The notes under the pieces are model-generated. The model had not been told where the DNA came from and ran no database searches. It saw only the letters and a list, made by a program, of their open reading frames with translations. Shown here piece after piece: positions 9,021 to 18,867 of a stretch of DNA of 64,000 bases. The first letter of the stretch is position 1; each line of letters begins with the position of its first letter. Made by a program: the position numbers and the translations under genes. The stretch comes from Escherichia phage ime09, in sequence record NC_019503.1; one strand, 5' to 3'.

Positions 9021-10834
9021 TGGTGTTTAACCCTATGCATGATTTCTTTATTTTTGCCGAGATTAAATCCGCGTTCATTCGGATTTCCCAAATAACCACA
9101 AGTTCTTCTTATTGTGTTCATCTTTTTAGGATCAGTTTCTCCACAAATAGAACAAACAAACCCGTTTTCAGTAGGAGTCATTTCATGGGTACTTCCACAC
9201 GTAAAACATTTATCTACTGGCATGTTAACACCAAAATAATCTAAATGTTGTGCAGCATAATCCCATACAGCCTCAAGACCCTTTAGGTTATTTTTCATAT
9301 CAGGAAGTTCAACATAAGAAATGTGACCACCTGTCGCAATGAAATGATATGGTGCTTCGCGAGAAATCTTTTCAAACGGAGTGATATTTTCTTCTACTGA
9401 AACATGGAAACTATTAGTGTACCAGCCTTTATCAGTAACATCCTTTACACTTCCATATTTTTCAGTATCAAGTTTACAGAAGCGATAACAAAGGTTTTCA
9501 GCAGGAGTAGAATACAAGCTAAAAGCAAAACCGGTTCTTTCAGTCCACTGCTTAAGACGAGCATTCATTTTAGTTAAAATTTCCTGTCCAATATCACGAC
9601 CAACAAGAATATTCAATTCGTGAATACCAATGTATCCTAGGGACACTGAACTTCTACCGTTTTTAAATAACTCAATTATGTCATCATCAGGTTTAAGACG
9701 AACCCCGAATGCACCTTCTTGGTAAAGAATAGGAGCAACAGTCGCTTTAACTCCTTTTAAGGAACTGATTCTACACATCAAAGCTTCAAAACACAAATCC
9801 ATTCGTTCGTTGAACAATTCGGCAAATTTCTGTTCATTGAATTGTGTTCCAATATAAGAATCTAACGCAATGCGAGGAAGATTCAGTGTTACAACGCCAA
9901 GATTATTACGTCCATCAAGAATTTCATTACCAGTCGAATCTTTCCATACGCTCAAGAAACTACGGCAACCCATTGGAGAAACAGGAATAGATGAACCGGT
10001 GATAGCTTTATTGTTCTTAGCTGAAATAATATCAGGATACATTCTTTTGCTTGCACACTCTAGAGCAAGCTGCTTAATATCATAGTTCGGATCGTCTTTA
10101 TAAAGATTAACGCCTTCTTCAACGAACATAACAAGCTTAGGGAAAATAGGAGTTATCCCATCGCGACCAAGACCTTTAATGCGATTTTTCAGAATTGCTT
10201 TCTGAATCATTCGTTCAGTCCAGTCAGTTCCCGTACCAAATGTAATTGTTACAAAAGGCGTTTGTCCATTTGAACTAAAGAGAGTATTTACTTCATATTC
10301 ATAAGCTTGGAATGCATCATATACATCTTTTTCTGTTTTAGATTGGGCATAATTCAACGCATCAGCGATTTGCCATTTTTCTGCATCCTCAATATGTTTT
10401 GCATAGGTGCGTTTAACATAAGGAGAAAGTACTTTATCTACATTCGCAAAAGTCGTTCCGCCATATTGATGAGAAGCAACCTGTGCAGTAATTTGTGCCA
10501 TAATTGCAGTAGCAACGCCGATTGATTTAGGAGTTTCAATCTGTGCATTACCAAGCTTAAATCCGTTTTCAAGCATTCCTTTTAAATCTACTAAACAGCA
10601 ATTAGTAAATGGAAGAGCAGGGGAATAATCAATATCATGGAAATGGATAATTCCGCTTTCATGCGCTTTCATAATAAAAGACGGGACCATATTTTTGGCA
10701 ATGTGTTTAGACACAATACCAGCCATAAGGTCCCGTTGAGTTGGAAAAACACGAGAATCTTTATTGGCATTCTCGTTTAAAAGGTCTTTATTAGTTTTAT
10801 GAATCAATCCTTCAATTTCTTTTTCAATTGTCAT
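9017..10834 (-). CDS. nrdD: Anaerobic ribonucleoside-triphosphate reductase, uninterrupted (no intron)
   Basis: 605 aa, C-terminal glycyl radical motif RTCGYLG and Zn-ribbon CxxC...CxxC; single continuous ORF. Confidence 0.95.
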   Translation of the reverse strand: MTIEKEIEGLIHKTNKDLLNENANKDSRVFPTQRDLMAGIVSKHIAKNMVPSFIMKAHESGIIHFHDIDYSPALPFTNCCLVDLKGMLENGFKLGNAQIETPKSIGVATAIMAQITAQVASHQYGGTTFANVDKVLSPYVKRTYAKHIEDAEKWQIADALNYAQSKTEKDVYDAFQAYEYEVNTLFSSNGQTPFVTITFGTGTDWTERMIQKAILKNRIKGLGRDGITPIFPKLVMFVEEGVNLYKDDPNYDIKQLALECASKRMYPDIISAKNNKAITGSSIPVSPMGCRSFLSVWKDSTGNEILDGRNNLGVVTLNLPRIALDSYIGTQFNEQKFAELFNERMDLCFEALMCRISSLKGVKATVAPILYQEGAFGVRLKPDDDIIELFKNGRSSVSLGYIGIHELNILVGRDIGQEILTKMNARLKQWTERTGFAFSLYSTPAENLCYRFCKLDTEKYGSVKDVTDKGWYTNSFHVSVEENITPFEKISREAPYHFIATGGHISYVELPDMKNNLKGLEAVWDYAAQHLDYFGVNMPVDKCFTCGSTHEMTPTENGFVCSICGETDPKKMNTIRRTCGYLGNPNERGFNLGKNKEIMHRVKHQ

Positions 10835-11304
10835 TTTAAACTCTTTCTAAGCTGCTTCTTAAATGAAGCTATTAATTGTGTTTTAGTGTCAGATTCATTA
10901 TATTCAAATCCTCTTTGAAGCATCTCAGCCATCATTTCCTCTTTTCCTAAACGAGAAAATTCCTTTGATTTATCTCCAACGAAGTTAGGGTGAATATTAT
11001 TTTGGGTGTAATCGGATTTTAAATAAGTAAGTAAATTTTCCAACCATTCAAGATAATCAACACCTTGTCCCTTTAAGCCAGAACGATTAAATTTATGCTT
11101 CATTTGACCTTCCGCAGCATTGCAAAGATTACAGAGCAATCCACGCACCTTTCCTGCTTTTGGTCCATTTAATTCATGGTCATGGTCGAGGTGATTAGCT
11201 TGAACATCAGGATTTAGTTCTCGTTGGCAAATTAAGCATTTACCATTTTGCGCATTATAAAATTTTTGTTTTTCTTCTTTGTATAATTTGCCAGTCAATA
11301 ACAT
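10831..11304 (-). CDS. 49: Endonuclease VII (Holliday junction resolvase)
   Basis: 157 aa, MLLTGKLYKEEKQKFY..., His/Cys box HLDHDHELNG; matches recalled T4 gp49. Confidence 0.92.
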   Translation of the reverse strand: MLLTGKLYKEEKQKFYNAQNGKCLICQRELNPDVQANHLDHDHELNGPKAGKVRGLLCNLCNAAEGQMKHKFNRSGLKGQGVDYLEWLENLLTYLKSDYTQNNIHPNFVGDKSKEFSRLGKEEMMAEMLQRGFEYNESDTKTQLIASFKKQLRKSLK

Positions 11305-11353
11305 AATAAAAACCCTTACCTTGAATAGATAAGGGTATTTATTATTTCAAGTA

Positions 11354-11818
11354 TTAAAACGCTCGGTCAGAAAAAGAAATTTGAGTTTCAAGCCATTCAA
11401 TATATTCTGCCGCGGCTTGCATTAAATTTCCTTCGTAATCATCAATATCTTTTTTCAACGCCGATTTAGATAATGCATATGAAATTCGTTCACCCTGAAA
11501 TCCAGCTTTAGGTTTATGAAGAACTTGATCAATTCGTTCTACAACTTCTTCAATTTCGCCATTTTCTGCGGATTCAGTATTCCACAAGCACCAATACGTA
11601 ATTGGCTTATCATAGATGTTAATAATCTTTCCATCAGAAAGTTCAATTTCAATAATTCCAGTATCAGGTTCTATATCATCTTCGCATTCTTTTGCAAGTT
11701 CACGAACTTTAAAGACAGTACCTGCACTAAGTTCCGGCCAGTAATTACACAGCCCTTTATCAGCACGATTAATTCTAAACCACTTATCTACTGTAATCAT
11801 GTCCCATCTCCATATCAA
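11354..11818 (-). CDS. Hypothetical protein (pin/49.x position)
   Basis: ORF track 154 aa; position corresponds to pin/49.x in T4 but sequence not recognised. Confidence 0.5.
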   Translation of the reverse strand: MIWRWDMITVDKWFRINRADKGLCNYWPELSAGTVFKVRELAKECEDDIEPDTGIIEIELSDGKIINIYDKPITYWCLWNTESAENGEIEEVVERIDQVLHKPKAGFQGERISYALSKSALKKDIDDYEGNLMQAAAEYIEWLETQISFSDRAF

Positions 11819-11923
11819 TTAAGTCATTTATTGTTGGTTCATTATATACTGTTTCTTCATCAGTGTAAACCGGTTCTTCCGGCTCTGGCTCTACAGTTTC
11901 CCATCTAGCCGCCCACCAAGGTT

Positions 11924-12244
11924 TTATAGCGTAATCCATTCTCGTACTGTCTGAGTTATTACACGTTCACGGGGCTCGACTAGTTCAACAGTCGGAACTG
12001 CATAATACCAGTCAGAATGATAAGAACCTGAGCGAGTTTCATTTACGGAAACATGTACATTGTGTTTTGGACTAAAATAAACACACTGACGATATTGGCA
12101 TTTACCATCTTGCACCCAGTCTTCTATTTCGATAGGTTTAAGATAATCCGAAAAATCAAAATCATAATTTTCTGAAAATGCATCATGGTCTTCGATAATT
12201 TCACTCAGAACTGCATCAACATCTAATTTATTTTCAATAGTCAT
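11924..12244 (-). CDS. Hypothetical protein
   Basis: ORF track 106 aa. Confidence 0.5.
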   Translation of the reverse strand: MTIENKLDVDAVLSEIIEDHDAFSENYDFDFSDYLKPIEIEDWVQDGKCQYRQCVYFSPKHNVHVSVNETRSGSYHSDWYYAVPTVELVEPRERVITQTVREWITL

Positions 12245-12254
12245 TTTTCACCAA

Positions 12255-12464
12255 TTAATTTCGCAATTTATTAAGTTCTTCATAATCAATCCAGGATTCT
12301 AGTCCTGATGGCAAATCAGATTCAATTTCCCAAAGAAGCTCTTCAATTTTCTGAAGACGATCTAATTCTTCAGCTGGAATAGTAACCATTGACGGAGTTC
12401 TTGATACACTAATATCGTAAATCATATTTACCCCAGTTTGACCATACAATCGCCGTATTTCCAT
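12255..12464 (-). CDS. Hypothetical small protein
   Basis: ORF track 69 aa. Confidence 0.45.
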   Translation of the reverse strand: MEIRRLYGQTGVNMIYDISVSRTPSMVTIPAEELDRLQKIEELLWEIESDLPSGLESWIDYEELNKLRN

Positions 12465-12643
12465 TTAGAAATAGACTTTTCACCGTTAGAATAATAAACT
12501 TCGAGTTTAACACGATTATTTTTAATTTGAATAACCTTTGCTGTCATCAAAGTTCCATACCCGTAATAAACTGCAACCTCATCACCTACATATACCGCGC
12601 TTCCGCGGTAGTCATGGATATAATCAGTTCCTTCGAGCATCAT
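12428..12643 (-). CDS. Hypothetical small protein
   Basis: ORF track 71 aa; 4-bp overlap with nrdC start. Confidence 0.45.
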   Translation of the reverse strand: MMLEGTDYIHDYRGSAVYVGDEVAVYYGYGTLMTAKVIQIKNNRVKLEVYYSNGEKSISKWKYGDCMVKLG

Positions 12644-12903
12644 TTAAAGTATTCCCGCAATTGGTCAAATCCACCAATATGACTTCCATCAGGAGCAAAT
12701 ACTTGTGGCATTGTCAAACCAATTTGAGTATCACGACCCAGTTTAGTTAGAAGCTCAGCGATTTTCTCATCATCAAAAACACCTTTTTCCGGCATAATGT
12801 TGATAAATTCAAACGGCTGTTTCTTCACGGTCAAAAGACGTTTTGCATTATCGCAATACACACATTTATGGATGCTGCTATCATAACCATATACTTTAAA
12901 CAT
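12640..12903 (-). CDS. nrdC: Phage thioredoxin/glutaredoxin
   Basis: 87 aa, CVYC active site, MFKVYGYDSSIHKCVYCDNAKRLL matches recalled T4 thioredoxin. Confidence 0.88.
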   Translation of the reverse strand: MFKVYGYDSSIHKCVYCDNAKRLLTVKKQPFEFINIMPEKGVFDDEKIAELLTKLGRDTQIGLTMPQVFAPDGSHIGGFDQLREYFK

Positions 12904-12904
12904 A

Positions 12905-13162
12905 TTATTCCTTAATTCCTAGTACTTGTTTAAAAGTCTCGTCGTAATCAAGACTTTGGCCCGTTTGTTCTTTATGTTTGTATATAATATCACTTACTTC
13001 TGATAGCATATTTTTATATGAACGAGTTAAAGCAGATTTAAGCACGCTATATCTATCAGGAAATTTACCATGTTCATTATAATAAGCTATTGCTAATTCA
13101 CGGACTGCCTTTTCAGCAGTCTCCATATATTCTTTACGCTTTGTCATTTTCTTCTCGGTCAA
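12905..13162 (-). CDS. Hypothetical protein
   Basis: ORF track 85 aa. Confidence 0.5.
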
Positions 13163-13415
13163 ATCGGTGTTTACAACGACGACATTTATAGCGAAGATTA
13201 CTAGTCTGCCAATGAACTAATTGTACCTGTTCAGTACCGCATTCAGGACAATTAGGAACGTTTTTAGAAGCCCTTTCGCGACGTTCAACCATAGCCATAA
13301 TAGCATCCCATGCTGGAGGTTTAAAATCTAAATCGTCACAACCATGAATCTTTCCACGCATTTCTAAATCATCTTCTTCACCAGCCATAATAATTTTAAT
13401 TAGATGAAGCTGCAA
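13134..13415 (-). CDS. Zinc-ribbon protein
   Basis: 93 aa, CPECG...CRRC four-Cys ribbon. Confidence 0.5.
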
Positions 13416-13436
13416 TATCTTCTAATAAGCGCTTTT

Positions 13437-14366
13437 TCATTTCAATACCTCAATAGCATTACGTAAACCATTTGCTTTTGCATTAAGATCTTTTAACAAT
13501 TTGGTGTGTTCGGCAATCTGGGCTTCAACTTCAATCAAACGAGCATTGAGATATTCACGTTCTTCGCTCAAGTTATCAATCTTTTCTACTTTAGGCTCTT
13601 TTACAACTGTCTTATATGTATTAGGGTTCTTCAGTTTAATTAGAATGCGTGAACTGTATAACATTGAACCATTATCTTCGATTTCGTCATACATTTCTAC
13701 TACGTCCATGATTTTTAACATCATGCGAAGTTTATAAGACAACGAACGAATAGTTTTGTTGTGCTTATTAATTTCTCTAGAGTTCATGGTGCCGAGATTA
13801 CGTGAGTAATAATAAGGAACCTGGATATTAATTAACACTGATGAACCACCTGGCTTGTGTGTTACTTCATCAGCAATAACCCAATCCTTAACATGAACTG
13901 TATTTGTACGGTCATCACCCGCGGCAAACAGTTTGCGAGCATGCTTAAAAAGCATATTCACTTGGTCATTGAATTGACAAGCAAATTTATCAGCAAATTT
14001 AGTTTCAGGAATGGTAGATAACCAATCAGCCAAATGAGTCTTTTTAACATCGTTAACAATAGTAAATTCAACCAAATCAGTTATAGATGTCTCAGATTTA
14101 ATAAAGCTCGGCTTCATAAAGTTTTTAATGTTATCGCGAGCTACAGTAGAAGATAACATACGAGAACGTTTAAACCATTGAAGCAAATTGCCCAACGAAT
14201 GAGAATAAGCGTTTTGAGTATCTTTACAGATATGATTTTCCTGGCCAACATATTGAAGGAAATCACGAAGAATATTATTGATTACTGCTCTGTGTCCGAT
14301 CTGATAATTACGGTGTTTAGTAATAAGACTGTCAAAATAATCAATATAATGTTTACGAGTTTTCAT
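13437..14366 (-). CDS. Hypothetical protein with C-terminal coiled coil (array member 1)
   Basis: 309 aa; C-terminal ~50 aa heptad-like charged helix. Confidence 0.6.
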   Translation of the reverse strand: MKTRKHYIDYFDSLITKHRNYQIGHRAVINNILRDFLQYVGQENHICKDTQNAYSHSLGNLLQWFKRSRMLSSTVARDNIKNFMKPSFIKSETSITDLVEFTIVNDVKKTHLADWLSTIPETKFADKFACQFNDQVNMLFKHARKLFAAGDDRTNTVHVKDWVIADEVTHKPGGSSVLINIQVPYYYSRNLGTMNSREINKHNKTIRSLSYKLRMMLKIMDVVEMYDEIEDNGSMLYSSRILIKLKNPNTYKTVVKEPKVEKIDNLSEEREYLNARLIEVEAQIAEHTKLLKDLNAKANGLRNAIEVLK

Positions 14367-14418
14367 GTTCTTCTCACTTGGTTAATGGCTTATACTCCGA
14401 GCCATCCTTGGCTTTAAA

Positions 14419-15471
14419 TTACTTAATTAACTGTAAAGCTTGTTCCAAACGATCAAGGCGATTAACAGATTCTTCCCAAATCCTTTTAGCCTTCTCATAT
14501 TCTTTCTGCGCTTTATTAGAAATTTCTAGAACTTCTTTATAAGCTTTTTCTAGTGCAATAACTTCTGGACGAATTTCTACCGATTCAGGCGAATCATCAA
14601 GATTATCCATTAGTTCCTCAAGTGTAGTTTCTTCTTTAGGAGTATTCACAATTTCATCACATTTTTGTTGGTAAATTTCTTTATCAGTCGGTGAATAAGC
14701 ACATTTCACTTCACGAAGACTAACTACAATTTTGTATCCTTCCCAACCGCATATATTCTTAAAAGGATACGTATGAATATTTTCTACTGTTTCCATACAA
14801 AGTAATGCGGTTTCTAATTGACGAGTTATAGTGCTAGCAATTGAGAAAAATTTATTAATATTCCTTTGGTTAGTTTCTGGTGTAAAAAATCCATAATTCA
14901 CAAAAATAGATACTTTATTTTTATCAAGTTCATATTCTTTTATGATAATCATATCAGAAGCCAAAGGATGAATTTGACGATAATCGCCATAACATAATTT
15001 AGAAGCTGATTTTAGAATCTGTCCTTTGAAAAGCCTGAAATTACTAATCCAACGACGAGTAAAAATATTCTCAGGGTCTTCTTTATTATTAAGATGATAA
15101 GAATTAACATCACCGAACCAATTATATCCTACTACATCTTTGGTTCGTTTAATTTCTTTCCCAAAATTACCAAGAATATCTCGATTAACCAAATATGAAA
15201 GAAGACGAGACTCTTTAAAGGTTTTCTTGATAACATCTTTATCTACACGGCTAGAAATTTTACGAATTTCATGAATAAATTTAACAGAAGAAACAATACT
15301 TGCATCAACACTATTGAGCCATTGATTGATAATGGAAATAACGCTATTTTGGCCAAACATCGGTATAGCTTTATCATCAATAACGCTGTTGAATGATTTG
15401 ATATATTCGTTACGAGTCATATTAATCTCCTCAGTAGAAAGTAAGAACATTATACCACATCCTTGTGGCAA
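14419..15471 (-). CDS. Hypothetical protein with C-terminal coiled coil (array member 2); start may be internal Met
   Basis: 350 aa ORF; C-terminal coiled coil. Confidence 0.6.
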   Translation of the reverse strand: MPQGCGIMFLLSTEEINMTRNEYIKSFNSVIDDKAIPMFGQNSVISIINQWLNSVDASIVSSVKFIHEIRKISSRVDKDVIKKTFKESRLLSYLVNRDILGNFGKEIKRTKDVVGYNWFGDVNSYHLNNKEDPENIFTRRWISNFRLFKGQILKSASKLCYGDYRQIHPLASDMIIIKEYELDKNKVSIFVNYGFFTPETNQRNINKFFSIASTITRQLETALLCMETVENIHTYPFKNICGWEGYKIVVSLREVKCAYSPTDKEIYQQKCDEIVNTPKEETTLEELMDNLDDSPESVEIRPEVIALEKAYKEVLEISNKAQKEYEKAKRIWEESVNRLDRLEQALQLIK

Positions 15472-15477
15472 AGTAAA

Positions 15478-16506
15478 CTAGTTTAGTGCATTTAGTGCAT
15501 TGTTCAGTTTAGAACGTTGCTTCGTGAGATTTTTGACTTTTTCTTGAGCTTTTTCTAGCATCTTTTCAGCTTCTAACACCTCATTAGTTGCTTTAACGAG
15601 TTCATCATCTACTGCCTTTATAGACTTCTCAATCGCATCTGCATGCCATTTTTCAACAGGTTTAAGACTCGGATTTTCATCAGGAAGAAAATTCACTTTA
15701 TTGAATTTCCATGCATCCTTATTACCTGAACTATACATCCAAAATTTAGGATCGTTTGATGAGTAATTAGATAAATTTAAATTTAAGTTATCTTGCACTT
15801 CTTGCTTTTTCTCTTGTGTAACTTCGTCCTTTCTCAAAAATTCATATTTAAATGAAACGATCATATCAAGTTCATATGTTGTTGTGTCTAATTTAAATCG
15901 CTCAAAACGAGGTAAAATCTTAGACTGAACAGCGGCAACAACATCCATATACTTAAATGCTTCTGTCAACTGCGATTTAAGGCATTCGCAAATTGAAAGA
16001 GAATTTTTTGTATTAGGTTTAAAGCTAATTCGTGCAGTTCTGTTATTTTCTTTTAATGGTCTTACTTCCATCTGAAGAGTATAACCATCAAATTTCAGGT
16101 TCTTTAAGTTAATGTCAGAACCTTTTAATCGACTAGCCGTGGACAAAATTTGCTTTAATTGTTTACGGAATAGAGCAATAAATCTCCATTCAATACGATA
16201 ATGATTTGGATTGAAAAATCCAGATGATAAATCGACCTTACTTTGACCAACGCCTTGAACAAATAAAGGATTTTTATAATCAATAGTTTTACAGAAATCG
16301 GTGAGCTGCTCACGGGCCGTCATTTGTGTAATATATCCTGCTTTACTAAAATTACGCACCCATTCACTGCTATTCGTATACTTAAAGTGATGAATAACAC
16401 GATTAACTTTATCAGGGTCTAAATTATTTTCACACAAAAATGTCATAGCATCACGAGTATAGCTGGCATTACGAACCATATCTTCAATTTGAGAACGAGT
16501 TTTCAT
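15478..16506 (-). CDS. Hypothetical protein with C-terminal coiled coil (array member 3)
   Basis: 342 aa; C-terminal coiled coil. Confidence 0.6.
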   Translation of the reverse strand: MKTRSQIEDMVRNASYTRDAMTFLCENNLDPDKVNRVIHHFKYTNSSEWVRNFSKAGYITQMTAREQLTDFCKTIDYKNPLFVQGVGQSKVDLSSGFFNPNHYRIEWRFIALFRKQLKQILSTASRLKGSDINLKNLKFDGYTLQMEVRPLKENNRTARISFKPNTKNSLSICECLKSQLTEAFKYMDVVAAVQSKILPRFERFKLDTTTYELDMIVSFKYEFLRKDEVTQEKKQEVQDNLNLNLSNYSSNDPKFWMYSSGNKDAWKFNKVNFLPDENPSLKPVEKWHADAIEKSIKAVDDELVKATNEVLEAEKMLEKAQEKVKNLTKQRSKLNNALNALN

Positions 16507-16514
16507 GGTGTTCC

Positions 16515-17441
16515 TTAAGATTTAAGTAAATCAACAATTTTAATTAATTTTTCACGCTCAGATTTAGCTTTACTACTCAGTCCAGATAGTCTGAAAATTT
16601 CATCATCATATTGTTGAATAGAAATATTCAGCTCTTCAATCTGTTTATTAAAATAATCAATTTGTTCAGAATGTTTTTCGTTACTACGAACTGGTACAGG
16701 TTTCGTAGGCAATGTAGTTGAACTGGATTCATCCGGGCGATAAATTAAAATACAACTTGAACCAATAGGGCATTTTGCTCCAGATGAATATTCTAATGTT
16801 CCAGCTTCTTTTAAAACTTCAAAAGCTAAACAGAGATGATGCCCCATATTAACATAATCTGTAGAGCGAGCTCTGATGTAATAATCATCGCCGCGAATAC
16901 TAAATTTAAAACATTTAAGGTCTTCTGTATTATTGGTCTTAAAAATCATTTGTTTATCTAGACCTTTAGCTAATCGAGCGCCCAATGCTAATAATCGGCG
17001 TTGATTTTCCCACAAATCCGCAATCATTTGATCGAATGATAATTTTGGCATCAGTCGACCATAAAGGTCATATCCTTTATTATAATTACGAAGAATTTCA
17101 CTCGCATTAATACGAGACAACGCTCCAATTTTATTAAGGGCTTTCATAATACGATTAGATAAACTCATTCCAGACCCATTTGTTCGCTGTAGATGTTTTT
17201 CTAATCCAAATCCAATATCAACTTTAAACTTATCTAAAATTTCTGCATGAACATCTCTGTCGATAACATTCAAATCCAAAGTTGAGTTAAATCTATGAAA
17301 AAATTTATCTGGCTCTGCACTGCGAAATACAGTCCATTCATTCATCATTTTTTTATTAACTAAAGATTTAATTACTGCATTGACATTATTAATTACTACT
17401 GACATATTTTCCTCACTCAATTTCAATTTTACTAAATACAC
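16515..17441 (-). CDS. Hypothetical protein with C-terminal coiled coil (array member 4)
   Basis: 308 aa; C-terminal coiled coil. Confidence 0.6.
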   Translation of the reverse strand: MYLVKLKLSEENMSVVINNVNAVIKSLVNKKMMNEWTVFRSAEPDKFFHRFNSTLDLNVIDRDVHAEILDKFKVDIGFGLEKHLQRTNGSGMSLSNRIMKALNKIGALSRINASEILRNYNKGYDLYGRLMPKLSFDQMIADLWENQRRLLALGARLAKGLDKQMIFKTNNTEDLKCFKFSIRGDDYYIRARSTDYVNMGHHLCLAFEVLKEAGTLEYSSGAKCPIGSSCILIYRPDESSSTTLPTKPVPVRSNEKHSEQIDYFNKQIEELNISIQQYDDEIFRLSGLSSKAKSEREKLIKIVDLLKS

Positions 17442-17820
17442 AGAATATGATTGAACAGACTACATAAGCACCACACACAGATTGAACTAATACCATCCCA
17501 AAGAACCAAACAATATTATCAAACAGTGTCTGTTTTACGTCGAAAGGACGTAAACTTACAGTAATATTATCACCTTTTTCTATTGAAGAATACATCTCTG
17601 GGGAAATATATTCACTAAATCTATAACCGTCTTTGAGTTCATATACGGCAATAAACGATAAACTAGACCCTTTTCCTTGTGTTCCTGTAATGGTATTAAC
17701 TACAGTAACATTATAATCTTTATAATGCATATAATCATTAATTGCGTAATAACCGTATGCAACTACTACACATAAACAACATATCAATAAATTCAATCTT
17801 TTAATTATCAACTGTTTCAT
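17413..17820 (-). CDS. Membrane protein, N- and C-terminal transmembrane helices
   Basis: 135 aa, hydrophobic segments LLICCLCVVVAYGYY and FFGMVLVQSVCGAYVVCSIIFCVF. Confidence 0.5.
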   Translation of the reverse strand: MKQLIIKRLNLLICCLCVVVAYGYYAINDYMHYKDYNVTVVNTITGTQGKGSSLSFIAVYELKDGYRFSEYISPEMYSSIEKGDNITVSLRPFDVKQTLFDNIVWFFGMVLVQSVCGAYVVCSIIFCVFSKIEIE

Positions 17821-17875
17821 AATAATCTCAATTAAAAGGGCTTAGAACCATTATACCATCCTTGGTATAAAGCGG

Positions 17876-18403
17876 TTATGCGAGTACCGTCTTTAACCGT
17901 TCTTCAAACTTCCGAAGAGTATTTTGGCGTTCAGCTCTTTGCTTTTTGTAAGTTTCAATACGCTCTGAAATGAGAGTGTATCGTTCATTTACTGATTCTT
18001 TCATAAAATCAGGAATTTCACGAGAAGCTTTAATCTCGTCAAATTTATCAATAACAGCTTGCTCTTCAGCAATTAAGTTATCATACATTAAAATATCTTT
18101 CTTGATGAACTCAATATCTTCTTGAGTTACACGAGATAATTTAGATGCTTTATCCTTTTTGTACTGTTCGTTAGTATCACGAGACCAGTGTAATGTACGA
18201 TTTTTATTCGTATTTTTGTAAATTTCTACAATACCAATCTCATCAATAATAACGATCCAATTCCAACGGGATTTGTAAATTTGTCCTCCATCAACAGTGA
18301 TTTCACCTCCGATTGAGATGTCGTTAAAGAACTTGCTTTGTGCTTCAGATTTAAATTTACCATCGTTGTAATTTACCAAGTTGAAAATATCTTTAGCGTT
18401 CAT
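17876..18403 (-). CDS. Hypothetical protein
   Basis: ORF track 175 aa, preceded by early promoter. Confidence 0.55.
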   Translation of the reverse strand: MNAKDIFNLVNYNDGKFKSEAQSKFFNDISIGGEITVDGGQIYKSRWNWIVIIDEIGIVEIYKNTNKNRTLHWSRDTNEQYKKDKASKLSRVTQEDIEFIKKDILMYDNLIAEEQAVIDKFDEIKASREIPDFMKESVNERYTLISERIETYKKQRAERQNTLRKFEERLKTVLA

Positions 18404-18427
18404 TTTCTGTTCCTCCGTAGTTGATAG

Positions 18428-18470
18428 TTGTATAGTACCACAGAGGAACAGTCTTGTAAACCACTAAAAG
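18428..18470 (-). promoter_or_regulatory. T4-type early promoter (minus strand)
   Basis: plus-strand tatagtacc (18431-18439, -10 on minus) and tgtaaac (18455-18461, -35). Confidence 0.5.
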
Positions 18471-18778
18471 AAACTTCTTTCACAATTTTTTCCACTGAAC
18501 CATGCGCTCACTGCTTTCTTAGTCTCGGGAGCAGTGTTATCCATAAACCATTCAAAGGCAGCCTTTTTATGATTCTGGAGGGCTTCTCGGGCTTTAATCT
18601 GCTCACGGTCTATTAACACTAACATATGAGCCTTTCTTGTCACCATGGGCTTCTTATGATTTTTTGAATACTCCCAGTCATTTGTCCATCGCATTGTCGT
18701 TGCGAACTGAAATACTGCTTCTTTAATTTTAGTTTCGTAAATTTCACGAGCCTTTGAGTATAACATCATTACCTCCAT
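18464..18778 (-). CDS. Hypothetical protein
   Basis: ORF track 104 aa. Confidence 0.45.
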   Translation of the reverse strand: MEVMMLYSKAREIYETKIKEAVFQFATTMRWTNDWEYSKNHKKPMVTRKAHMLVLIDREQIKAREALQNHKKAAFEWFMDNTAPETKKAVSAWFSGKNCERSFF

Positions 18779-18867
18779 TCACCAGTTTAATTCTAGTCAT
18801 CTTTTTAATGGCAGTCCATATAATCTATTTCTGAACTGCCTTTTTGTCATAGAAGTCCTCTTATGAA

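Noticed and set aside
9017-10834. Group I intron / I-TevIII-like insertion in nrdD
   Set aside because: nrdD reads as one uninterrupted 605-codon ORF with both the N-terminal domain and the C-terminal glycyl radical motif in frame
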